A stretch of 64,000 nucleotides of DNA, from NCBI GenBank assembly GCA_036392515.1, contig DASVXU010000144.1:20385-84384 (forward strand). Reading direction: 5' to 3'. Under the pieces are notes generated by a model. That model was not told the DNA's origin, did no database searches, and was given only the letters and a program-made list of their open reading frames with translations. This stretch comes from Gemmatimonadaceae bacterium (GTDB lineage: Bacteria > Gemmatimonadota > Gemmatimonadetes > Gemmatimonadales > Gemmatimonadaceae). The position numbers were made by a program, and so were the translations under genes. Positions 11,866 through 19,793 of this stretch are shown here, piece by piece; the first letter of the stretch is position 1, and each line of letters starts with the position of its first letter.

Positions 11866-12687
11866 CTAGTGCTTCTCGAGGACGATGATCCGCTCCTTCG
11901 CGTGCGCGATCGCCTCCGCCTGCTTCGCGTACGCATCGCCGACCGCCTGGATGCGCTCGAGCTCCATCTGGTGCAGGAAGCGCTGGTAGCGCACGATCGC
12001 CTCGATCGGCCGGAGCTGCTTGTCGAGCACCGTCGCGATCCGGTACTCGAGCGTCGGATCGTTAGGCAGGAGGATGCTCGCGCGGTCGTAGCGGGCGAGC
12101 GCCGCGTCGAGGTCGCCGGCGGCGACGAGCATGTCCCCCTCGCGCACGAGCGCCTGCGCCGTCGCCCGCGCCTGCGCGTCGGCCGTCGCGTCGGCGGCGC
12201 GGGCGACGGTGCGGACACCGGTCGGCTCGGCGTAGGCGATCGCCGCGACCTCGCCCTTCTGCACCTGCACGAGCGCGACCGGGGCGACCATGTCGCGCGG
12301 CGTCTGTTCCATCCGCGCCGAGGTGTAGATCGCCGCGTCGCCGGCGCGCCGGATCGACCACGCGGCCGGCGTCGTCCGCGTCGCGGCCATGAGCTGCGTC
12401 TCGCTCATGCCGAGCGTCACCTCGCCGCGCGTCACCGCGGAGCAGACGTCGGGCGCGCAGCCCATCATCGCCGCCGCCATGATCGAGTCTCGCGCGTACA
12501 GCTCGCGCGCCTGCGCCGGGGCCGTGCGGTCACGCGCCGCGGCGACGGTGGAGTCGGCGCTCGGCGCGCGATCCCCCGTGCGGAGGATCGTCACAGGCTG
12601 CGGATCGAGGTGCTGCTGCGTGCACGCGACCGCGGCCAGCGCGAGCAGCGCGGCGGCGCGGGTCATCATCGGGGAGCTCATCGTCAT
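11866..12687 (-). CDS. Lipoprotein with TPR-like C-terminus, function unknown
   Basis: ORF 11866..12765 trimmed to the ATG at 12687 (MTMSSPMMTRAAALLALAAVACT). The C-terminal helical region reads AAGDLDAALARYDRASILLPNDPTLEYRIATVL. Confidence 0.6.
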   Translation of the reverse strand: MTMSSPMMTRAAALLALAAVACTQQHLDPQPVTILRTGDRAPSADSTVAAARDRTAPAQARELYARDSIMAAAMMGCAPDVCSAVTRGEVTLGMSETQLMAATRTTPAAWSIRRAGDAAIYTSARMEQTPRDMVAPVALVQVQKGEVAAIAYAEPTGVRTVARAADATADAQARATAQALVREGDMLVAAGDLDAALARYDRASILLPNDPTLEYRIATVLDKQLRPIEAIVRYQRFLHQMELERIQAVGDAYAKQAEAIAHAKERIIVLEKH

Positions 12688-12697
12688 GCCTCGCGGG

Positions 12698-13318
12698 TCA
12701 CAGTCCGAGACGCTTGCGGAGGATGTACTTCTTGATCTTGTGCTGCCCCATCCAGACCTTCGCATTCGACTCGAGGTCGACGAGCTGCGCGTCCACCTGG
12801 TAGAACACGACCTTCTCCTTCCCCTCGGAGTCCTCGATCGCCTGGATCTCGCCCTGCAGCATGTAGTTGGCGCCGTGCTCGTTCGCCATGCGCGTGCGCG
12901 TCGAGGCGCTCGCGTTCTGCTGCTGGTCGGCGCGCTCGGCGCGGACGTCGCCCCGCTCGGCGGCGCCGGCGACGACCTGCACCGCGCCGGAGGTGGTGAA
13001 GGCGCGCTCGAGATCGTTCACGAAGGTGCCGACGGGGATGTGCTCGTACGTCTTGTTCGTGAAATCACCGACGATGACGGTCGGCGCCGTCCCGCCGTGC
13101 GCGTCGCTGTAGCGGCGGACCCACCCGCCGTCCAGGCTCTGCCTGATCAGCTCGTTGGCCACGAGCCGGGAGTCGGTGTCGTTCCACCGGCCGGAGAGGT
13201 CGGTGACCGTCGCGGGGTCGATGCGGTTGACCTGCTTCGGGGAGCAGGCCGCGCCTAACGCGACGAGCGCGACGAGGGCCATGTGCCCCGCCGCGCCGAG
13301 AACTGTGGATTGCGCCAT
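12698..13318 (-). CDS. Penicillin-binding-protein activator LpoB-like lipoprotein (COG3417 family)
   Basis: The last 206 aa of ORF 12698..13819 carry the lipobox LGAAC. Motifs VIVGDFTNKT, ANYMLQGEI and YQVDAQLVDLESNAKVW resemble the LpoB/YcfM family. Confidence 0.7.
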   Translation of the reverse strand: MAQSTVLGAAGHMALVALVALGAACSPKQVNRIDPATVTDLSGRWNDTDSRLVANELIRQSLDGGWVRRYSDAHGGTAPTVIVGDFTNKTYEHIPVGTFVNDLERAFTTSGAVQVVAGAAERGDVRAERADQQQNASASTRTRMANEHGANYMLQGEIQAIEDSEGKEKVVFYQVDAQLVDLESNAKVWMGQHKIKKYILRKRLGL

Positions 13319-13379
13319 CGAAGACTGCTCCGCTGTGAGGTGTTCGATCGCGTGCCGCGACGACCCGTCCCAGTCGGAG

Positions 13380-14342
13380 TCAGTCGAGGCACCAGTTGGA
13401 CCGGCCGCGATACAGCTCGCTCCACGCGCCGTTCTTGTACTGCAGGAACGCCAAAAAGGTGTCACCGCCGAACCGCCACCCCTCGATCGCCAGCTCCGTC
13501 GTGCCGTCCCCCGCGACGTCGAGGTGGTCCACGAAGCGCTGGAAATCGCCCGTCGCCGCGTCACCGTCCACGACGTGGGTGTAGCCGGGCTTGTAGTCGC
13601 TTCCCACCGCGTCCGCCACGACGAAGACGTGCACGGTGCGCTCGTGCGCGGAGCTCTGCTCGTCCGCGTGCGGGTCGAGCAGCGAGGCCACGATCGTCGG
13701 CGACGAGGAGACTCCCGTCGCCACCGCGGTCGCATGCAGCTCCAACCCGGTGAGCGCCGCTTCCGAAACCCCCGCGCTGCGCGCGACGCGCGTCGCGACC
13801 TCCCGCCCGATGCGATCAACCTCGCTCTGCGCCATGTGCGTCACACCCGCGTCGTGGAGCGGACGCGTGCTGGCGAAGAGCGCGACAGTGTAGCCCGGCC
13901 GCGCCTGCGCGGCGAGCGTCATCGCCGCCTGGGGAATCATGAGGGTGCAGTTGGGCAGTGTATAGAGGGGATCCTTCCCATCCGTCCACATCCCCTGCCG
14001 CACCGTCGCGTGCCCGACCGCGCGCCCGTCGTCATAGACGGTGTACTGCGCACCCGCTTTCCCGTAGAGCGCGTCGAACTGCTTCCACCCGCTCGCCCCC
14101 AGCTCGATCTGCTCGATCGTGCCGTTGCGCAGCACGCCGATCGGGATCATGCGCGGATCGTCCCGCTCCCCGTAGATCTGGAACAGGATATCCGGACGCG
14201 ACGAGAGGTCGAGGCGCGCGGCCGACGGGGCCTGCTCCTCGGATGTCGGCTTCGCCTCGGCGGATCCGCCCGCGAGCTGGCGCGCCTTGTCGCACCCGAG
14301 CGCCAGAATTAGAGTGGTCGCGAGAAGGCGGCCTCGCCTCAT
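13380..14342 (-). CDS. Lipoprotein, function unknown
   Basis: 320 aa with signal plus lipobox MRRGRLLATTLILALGC and non-shadow composition. Confidence 0.6.
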   Translation of the reverse strand: MRRGRLLATTLILALGCDKARQLAGGSAEAKPTSEEQAPSAARLDLSSRPDILFQIYGERDDPRMIPIGVLRNGTIEQIELGASGWKQFDALYGKAGAQYTVYDDGRAVGHATVRQGMWTDGKDPLYTLPNCTLMIPQAAMTLAAQARPGYTVALFASTRPLHDAGVTHMAQSEVDRIGREVATRVARSAGVSEAALTGLELHATAVATGVSSSPTIVASLLDPHADEQSSAHERTVHVFVVADAVGSDYKPGYTHVVDGDAATGDFQRFVDHLDVAGDGTTELAIEGWRFGGDTFLAFLQYKNGAWSELYRGRSNWCLD

Positions 14343-14412
14343 GCGCTCTTCCGGTTGGGGGGACGCCCGATGCCGCCGGGATCTCCATCGCCGGCGAGCG
14401 GGCTCAACTAAC

Positions 14413-15399
14413 GTGTCTCAGCTTCCTACGACAGCCCCCGACGCCGACTTCCGGGCCGTGACGCGCGGCGTCCGCGCCGCGCTTGGTTCTGCCGTCCACA
14501 TACAAGACGCCTCCGCGACGCTCGAGCAACTCGCGCGAACGGATGAGCCCCCTCGGACCGCGCGCGTCCGTCCCCTGGAAGGAGCGCTCTTCACGGCGCG
14601 TCCGGTGCGCGGGCGCCCGGAGCCCGGCTTCGTCGCCTTCCTCGACGGCGTCCAGCAGAGTCGCGTGGTCGCCTACGTCGATGGCGCGCCGATCGTGCAC
14701 GGCACCGCGGGCGCCGCGGTCCGCGAGCGCCGCGACCGCCGCATGTACACCTGGCACCATCGCGTCGAGCATCGCCTCTACGCTCCGCGGCAGCATCTTC
14801 CCGGCGAGGTCTGGGAGCGTCTCACCCCCTTCGCCCCGGTCGATTCCTCCGAGCGTGAAGGGGAGGACGCTTCGGCATCGCGGCACCCGTTCACCACGCT
14901 CGAGCGCGCGGTGCATCTGGTGCAGCGCCATCGCGAGGAGCTCGAGCAGCGGCTCGCCGAACGCTGGTGCGACCACGAGTCCCGCCCGCTCTTCGTGGAC
15001 GGTGGCATCAGCGGAAGCGAGCGGGTCGCGCGCGCCCGCTGCGTCGTCGGCGTCGTGAAGAGCCACCGCACCCTCTACGCGGTCGACGAGGCGATCGGCG
15101 TCGTGCTCCGCCTCGGCCCCGCCGAGCGCACCTCGGTCTTCCTCATCGAGCCGAAGAAGCGCGCCCCGGTCGCGAGCTGGTACCTCCGTCTGCGCGACGC
15201 GAGCGGCCGCGACCCGACCTTCGGCCTCGTGCGCGTGGAGGTGGCGCGCGACCCCAACGAGGACCTCACCGCCCGCGCCGATCAGGTCTCCCGCTGGCTC
15301 CTCGCCGAAGGCACCCCCCTCGCGCTTCCGGACGCGCGCTGGGATCGAATGGCTTACGGGATTCGGGATTCCGAGGAGTTTCTCAGGGCGATCACCTGA
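14413..15399 (+). CDS. nurA: NurA-like nuclease (start uncertain; GTG at 14413 chosen, the ORF opens at 14287)
   Basis: It has acidic DG motifs FLDGVQQS and LFVDGGISG and a C-terminal AYGIRDSEEFLRAI, resembling NurA. It sits immediately upstream of a HerA-like ATPase. The ORF's 5' end would overlap the divergent gene 13380..14342, so I prefer the downstream start. Confidence 0.55.
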   Translation: MSQLPTTAPDADFRAVTRGVRAALGSAVHIQDASATLEQLARTDEPPRTARVRPLEGALFTARPVRGRPEPGFVAFLDGVQQSRVVAYVDGAPIVHGTAGAAVRERRDRRMYTWHHRVEHRLYAPRQHLPGEVWERLTPFAPVDSSEREGEDASASRHPFTTLERAVHLVQRHREELEQRLAERWCDHESRPLFVDGGISGSERVARARCVVGVVKSHRTLYAVDEAIGVVLRLGPAERTSVFLIEPKKRAPVASWYLRLRDASGRDPTFGLVRVEVARDPNEDLTARADQVSRWLLAEGTPLALPDARWDRMAYGIRDSEEFLRAIT

Positions 15400-15634
15400 C
15401 GGCCATGGGGCAGGCGGCTAGTGTCATCACTTCCGGGTCATGAGGCACTCGGCGGAGCGGCCAGAGACGCACCGCCCGAAGGGCACGCCCGCCGAGGGGC
15501 ACATCGCTCGACTGTCACGTGGCGCTCCTGACACGCGCCTCGTGCCAGCGCAGTCATGCCACTCGCCTCGTGCCGCATGGCACCAAGTCCGGTCCGGCGG
15601 TTAGAGTACCTCCAGCCTTCACCCTGAGCCGCTG

Positions 15635-17587
15635 ATGTCCCCTGCCCTCGGACGCGTCGTCGCCACCGAGCGACGCCCGAATACCCCGCACGAGTTCCAC
15701 TTCTGGACCGCGCTCGACTCTCCGGTCGGGATCGGGACCATCGTGCGCGTCGAGGGGACGCAGCCGATCGAGAATCAGCTCCCGCAGATCTACGGCATCG
15801 TGGTCGAGGGGTTCAGCTACACCGACCTGCAGTCGCCGCTGCACGACGTGCTCGGCCACGACGGCTCCCCCGACGGCGCGTCGCTCGCGCCTACCGAGCG
15901 CGCCGAGATCCGGCTCTACACCGCCGCGGTGCTCCGGCAGCTTCCGGAGGAGCCGCTGCAGCCCGTGCCGATGGGGCGCGTCTACCTCGCGACCGACGAG
16001 GACGTCGCGGTCGCGCTGCGGATGGACGGCTACCTCAAGGAAGGCGCGCGCACCGGGATCCCGATCGGCGTCTACCGTGCCGGCGGCACCGACGCGCCGA
16101 TCTTTCTCGACGCGGACTTCCTCCTCGGCCCGGAGGCGGCGCACCTCAACATCACCGGCGTCTCGGGGCTCGCGACCAAGACGAGCGCAGTCGAGTGGCT
16201 GCTCCAGTCCATCTTCACGCACTTTCCTCCGCAGAAGGGATCCGTCGCCGCGGTCTGCTTCAACGTGAAGGGTCCGGACCTCTGCTTCCTCGACCAGCCC
16301 GGGAGCATCGACGAGCGCGACCGGGCGCTCTACGACAAGCTCGGCGTCCCCGCGAAGCCCTTCGAGCGGACGCAGTACTTCGCGCCGTACCACGCGAAGG
16401 GGCACGCGCTCAACACGCTCCGCTCGAACGACGCGCTCGCGTACAACGTCAGTCCCCTCACGTGGGGGCTGCACGAGGTGCTCCAGTACGCCGAGGTCCT
16501 GCTCAACAAGGACGACATCGACGCGAAGGCCGACGCGCTGATCGACTTCATCGCGCGCAACGTCGTCGGGCAGGAGTTCGCCGACCAGATCCTCTCGCGG
16601 GCGCATCGCGTGCAGTCGTTCGCGGATCTCGAGGCCTGGTTCCGCGATCTCCTCCGCGGCATGGAGGCGAAGAACGCCGAGAGCTGGCGGACGCACCACG
16701 TCGCGACCATCCGCAAGGTCCGGAACCGTCTGTCGAACATCTCGACGCGCTGCGCCGGGCTCGTCACCGACGACGGCGCGGTGAGCGACCTCCCCTTCGG
16801 CACCTTCGAGGACCGGACGGTGTACGTGATAGACGTCGCCGGACTCGAGGAGGACGCGCAGGACCTCGTCTTCGCCCGGGTCATCACCAAGCTCCGCGAA
16901 GCGCTCGAGAAGCGCGAGCTCGGCGTCAACCACGTCGTCGTCTTCGTCGATGAGCTCAACAAGTACGCGCCTAACGATGGGCAGGACACCTACGTCCGGA
17001 AGATGCTGCTCGACATCGCCGAGCGCGGCCGCTACCTCGGCCTCGTGCTCTTCGGCGCGCAGCAGTTCCGCTCGCAGGTGCATCGTCGCGTCGTCGGCAA
17101 CGCCGGCAGCGCGCTCTATGGGCGCATGGATGCCGACGAGCTGGCGACGCCCGGCTACGCCGTGCTGAGTCCCGCGACGCGCACCAAGCTCGCGACGCTC
17201 GAGAAGGGACAGCTGATGGTCCGTCATCCGCACTTCACGCAGCCGGTCTTCGTCCGCTTCCCGCGGCCGGCGATCATGCGCGGGCGCGACGGCGCCGAGC
17301 GCTTTCCCCAGGCGGCGACGCCGACGCTCGACCAGGCGATCCTCCGCTCGCTCCGCGCGCTCGACTCCTCGATCACCCTCCAGTGGGTGCAGGACGCGAT
17401 CGGGATCCACGAAGAGCAGGCGATCATCCGCGCGCGCAACGCCACCATCCGCGCCCGTCCCACCGACGTGAAGAGCTACTTCGTCTCGCAGCTTCCCGCG
17501 CTCGTCGCGCCGAGCGCTCCGCGTCCCCGTCCGGCGGGGATCGCGATCCGTTCCACGCCCTTCGACGATCCGTACGGGAACGGTTGA
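15635..17587 (+). CDS. herA: HerA-like hexameric ATPase/translocase
   Basis: The N-terminus is HAS-barrel-like (GRVVATERRPNTPHEFHFW...VGIGTIVRVEG). Walker B is VVVFVDELNKYAP, and there is LVLFGAQQFRSQV...GNAGSALYGRM. The P-loop is atypical (ITGVSGLATKTS). Confidence 0.8.
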   Translation: MSPALGRVVATERRPNTPHEFHFWTALDSPVGIGTIVRVEGTQPIENQLPQIYGIVVEGFSYTDLQSPLHDVLGHDGSPDGASLAPTERAEIRLYTAAVLRQLPEEPLQPVPMGRVYLATDEDVAVALRMDGYLKEGARTGIPIGVYRAGGTDAPIFLDADFLLGPEAAHLNITGVSGLATKTSAVEWLLQSIFTHFPPQKGSVAAVCFNVKGPDLCFLDQPGSIDERDRALYDKLGVPAKPFERTQYFAPYHAKGHALNTLRSNDALAYNVSPLTWGLHEVLQYAEVLLNKDDIDAKADALIDFIARNVVGQEFADQILSRAHRVQSFADLEAWFRDLLRGMEAKNAESWRTHHVATIRKVRNRLSNISTRCAGLVTDDGAVSDLPFGTFEDRTVYVIDVAGLEEDAQDLVFARVITKLREALEKRELGVNHVVVFVDELNKYAPNDGQDTYVRKMLLDIAERGRYLGLVLFGAQQFRSQVHRRVVGNAGSALYGRMDADELATPGYAVLSPATRTKLATLEKGQLMVRHPHFTQPVFVRFPRPAIMRGRDGAERFPQAATPTLDQAILRSLRALDSSITLQWVQDAIGIHEEQAIIRARNATIRARPTDVKSYFVSQLPALVAPSAPRPRPAGIAIRSTPFDDPYGNG

Positions 17588-18441
17588 TGGCGTCGCTCCA
17601 GCGCTCGCTCCAGCTCGGCCTCCTCGCCCTGGGAACCGCCGCTCCGACCATCGCCGCGCAGTCTCCGGCGACGGCGAACGGCGCGGTGCAGCTCGAGGTG
17701 CGTCCGCACGTCGGCGACACCGTCGCGGCGCGCCTCGAGCAGAGCGTCGAGATGACGGGGACGCGGCGCATCGGCGGGCGCGATTCCACGGCGCGCGTGA
17801 TGTCGTCGATGGTGATGCTCGCGCGCACGGTCGTCGAGAGCGTGGCGCCCGACTACTCCGTCGTCATGATGCGCACCGATTCGGTGCAGCTCTCGAGCAC
17901 CGACGATCACGCCGGCGAGATGCGCGCCGAGGCGGAGCGCGCGCTCCGCGGAACGACGTCGCGCCTTCGCCTGCTCCCCGACGGGACGGCGGAAGGGCTC
18001 GACGGATCGATGGGGGTGGACGGTGCCGCGCTGCTGGCGGTGATGCCCGGGACGCTGCCTAACGACCCGGTATCCGTCGGCGGGCGCTGGACGCGCACGA
18101 TGACGATCCCGGCCATGAACGCGGCGAAGGGGGCGGGGCAGGTGAAGACGACCTTCCGCCTCGACTCGGTGACCGCGGGCGGCCGCCTCGCCTGGATCTC
18201 GATGAAGGGGACGCTGCGCCGGGACGAGAGTGCTCCCCTCGCCGGAACGGGGGAGCGCGCCGGGGCGCTCAGCGGTTCGCTCGTCGGCGGGATGACCCTC
18301 GACCGTCGGCGCGGCTGGATCGTCGCGACCTGGACCGACATGACGGTGAAGTCCACCGTCACGACTCCCGGCGCGCCTAACGCCCCGCTGCGCGTCACCG
18401 TCCACGTGATGCAGCGGATGCGCGTCGACGACCGGGAGTGA
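17587..18441 (+). CDS. Secreted protein, function unknown, embedded in the herA-mre11 operon
   Basis: The ATG overlaps the herA stop (TGATG). The signal peptide is MASLQRSLQLGLLALGTAAPTIAAQSP. The composition is beta-rich (Thr/Ser/Val/Met). Confidence 0.65.
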   Translation: MASLQRSLQLGLLALGTAAPTIAAQSPATANGAVQLEVRPHVGDTVAARLEQSVEMTGTRRIGGRDSTARVMSSMVMLARTVVESVAPDYSVVMMRTDSVQLSSTDDHAGEMRAEAERALRGTTSRLRLLPDGTAEGLDGSMGVDGAALLAVMPGTLPNDPVSVGGRWTRTMTIPAMNAAKGAGQVKTTFRLDSVTAGGRLAWISMKGTLRRDESAPLAGTGERAGALSGSLVGGMTLDRRRGWIVATWTDMTVKSTVTTPGAPNAPLRVTVHVMQRMRVDDRE

Positions 18442-18599
18442 CGGGCGCCCCGTCGACGGCCCCGCCCATGCATGGCGGGAGTGCGTGTAGATCGTTATAT
18501 TTCAGGGAGTTACATCCCCGCGCATTACAATTCTGATCCTGGCCCTGGACGTGCACCTCGTCGATTCGCGGTGCGCTCCATGACCGGGCACATGATCTC

Positions 18600-19793
18600 G
18601 TGCGACTCGTCCATCTCAGCGACCTCCATCTCGGCTTCCGCCAGTATCAACGGCTGACTCCCGCTGGCATCAACCAGCGCGAGGCGGACGTCGCGAAGGC
18701 GTTTCGCAACGCGATCGACAAGACCATCGAGCTCGCGCCGCAGCTCGTCGTCGTCGCCGGCGACGTGTTCCACAACGTCCGGCCGACGAACCCGGCGGTC
18801 CTCGTCGCGTTCGGGCAGTTCTCGCGGCTGCGCACGCACCTTCCCGACGCGAAGATCGTCATCGTCGCCGGCAATCACGACACGCCGCGCACCGCGGAGA
18901 CGGGATGCATCCTCCGCCTCTTCGAGGCGCTCGACATCAACGTCGTCGACGCGGCCGCGGAGCGCTTCAGCTTCCCCGAGCTCGAGCTCTCCGTGCTCGC
19001 GGTGCCCGACGTGCCCGGCGCGCGCCCGTCGCTCGTCCCCGACGCGAGCTTCCGCCACAACGTCCTGCTCCTCCACGGCGAGGTCGAGGGAGTGATCCCC
19101 GAGCAGGCGCGCGTCACCGACCGCGCCTCCGTCGCGATCACGAACGAGGAGCTCGGCGCCGCGCGCTGGTCGTACGTCGCGCTCGGCCACTATCACGTCT
19201 ACCGCGAGGTCGCGCCTAACGCGTTCTACTCGGGGTCGATCGACTACACGAGCGCCAACTCCTGGGGCGAGCTCGCGGAGGAGCGCGAGGCGGGGATCGG
19301 CGGGAAGGGGATCGTCGAGCATGACCTGGCGACCGGCACGCACCGCTTCCATCGCCTGCCCACCGTGCGCCGCTGGGTGGATCTGCCGCAGCTCTCGGCG
19401 CGCGGTCTCTCCGCCGCGGAGCTCGACGCCGCCATCCGCCGCTCGGTGGAGGAGTGCGACGGCGGGATCGACGAGCAGGTCGTCCGCATCCTCGCCCGCG
19501 ACGTCCCGCGCCACATCGCGCGCGACCTCGATCAGAAGGCGCTCCGCGAGTACCGGCGGCGCGCGCTGCACTTCCATCTCGACACCCGCCGCCCCGAGAT
19601 CATCCGGCTGCACGGCCACGGCTCCCCCGGGCGCCGTCCGTCGCTCCGCGACGTCGTGCGCGACAAGCTGCGCGGTCGCATCATCGAGTCCGATCTCTCG
19701 CGCGAGGCCCTCGTCGATCTTGGCATCCGCTACCTCGACGAGGTCGAGCGGGCGGAGATCGCGCTGCATCCGGTGAACGAGGGCGTGACGTGA
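18600..19793 (+). CDS. Mre11/SbcD-family nuclease
   Basis: It has the phosphoesterase motifs HLSDLHLG, VVAGDVFH, VAGNHD and ALGHYH. Confidence 0.9.
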   Translation: MRLVHLSDLHLGFRQYQRLTPAGINQREADVAKAFRNAIDKTIELAPQLVVVAGDVFHNVRPTNPAVLVAFGQFSRLRTHLPDAKIVIVAGNHDTPRTAETGCILRLFEALDINVVDAAAERFSFPELELSVLAVPDVPGARPSLVPDASFRHNVLLLHGEVEGVIPEQARVTDRASVAITNEELGAARWSYVALGHYHVYREVAPNAFYSGSIDYTSANSWGELAEEREAGIGGKGIVEHDLATGTHRFHRLPTVRRWVDLPQLSARGLSAAELDAAIRRSVEECDGGIDEQVVRILARDVPRHIARDLDQKALREYRRRALHFHLDTRRPEIIRLHGHGSPGRRPSLRDVVRDKLRGRIIESDLSREALVDLGIRYLDEVERAEIALHPVNEGVT

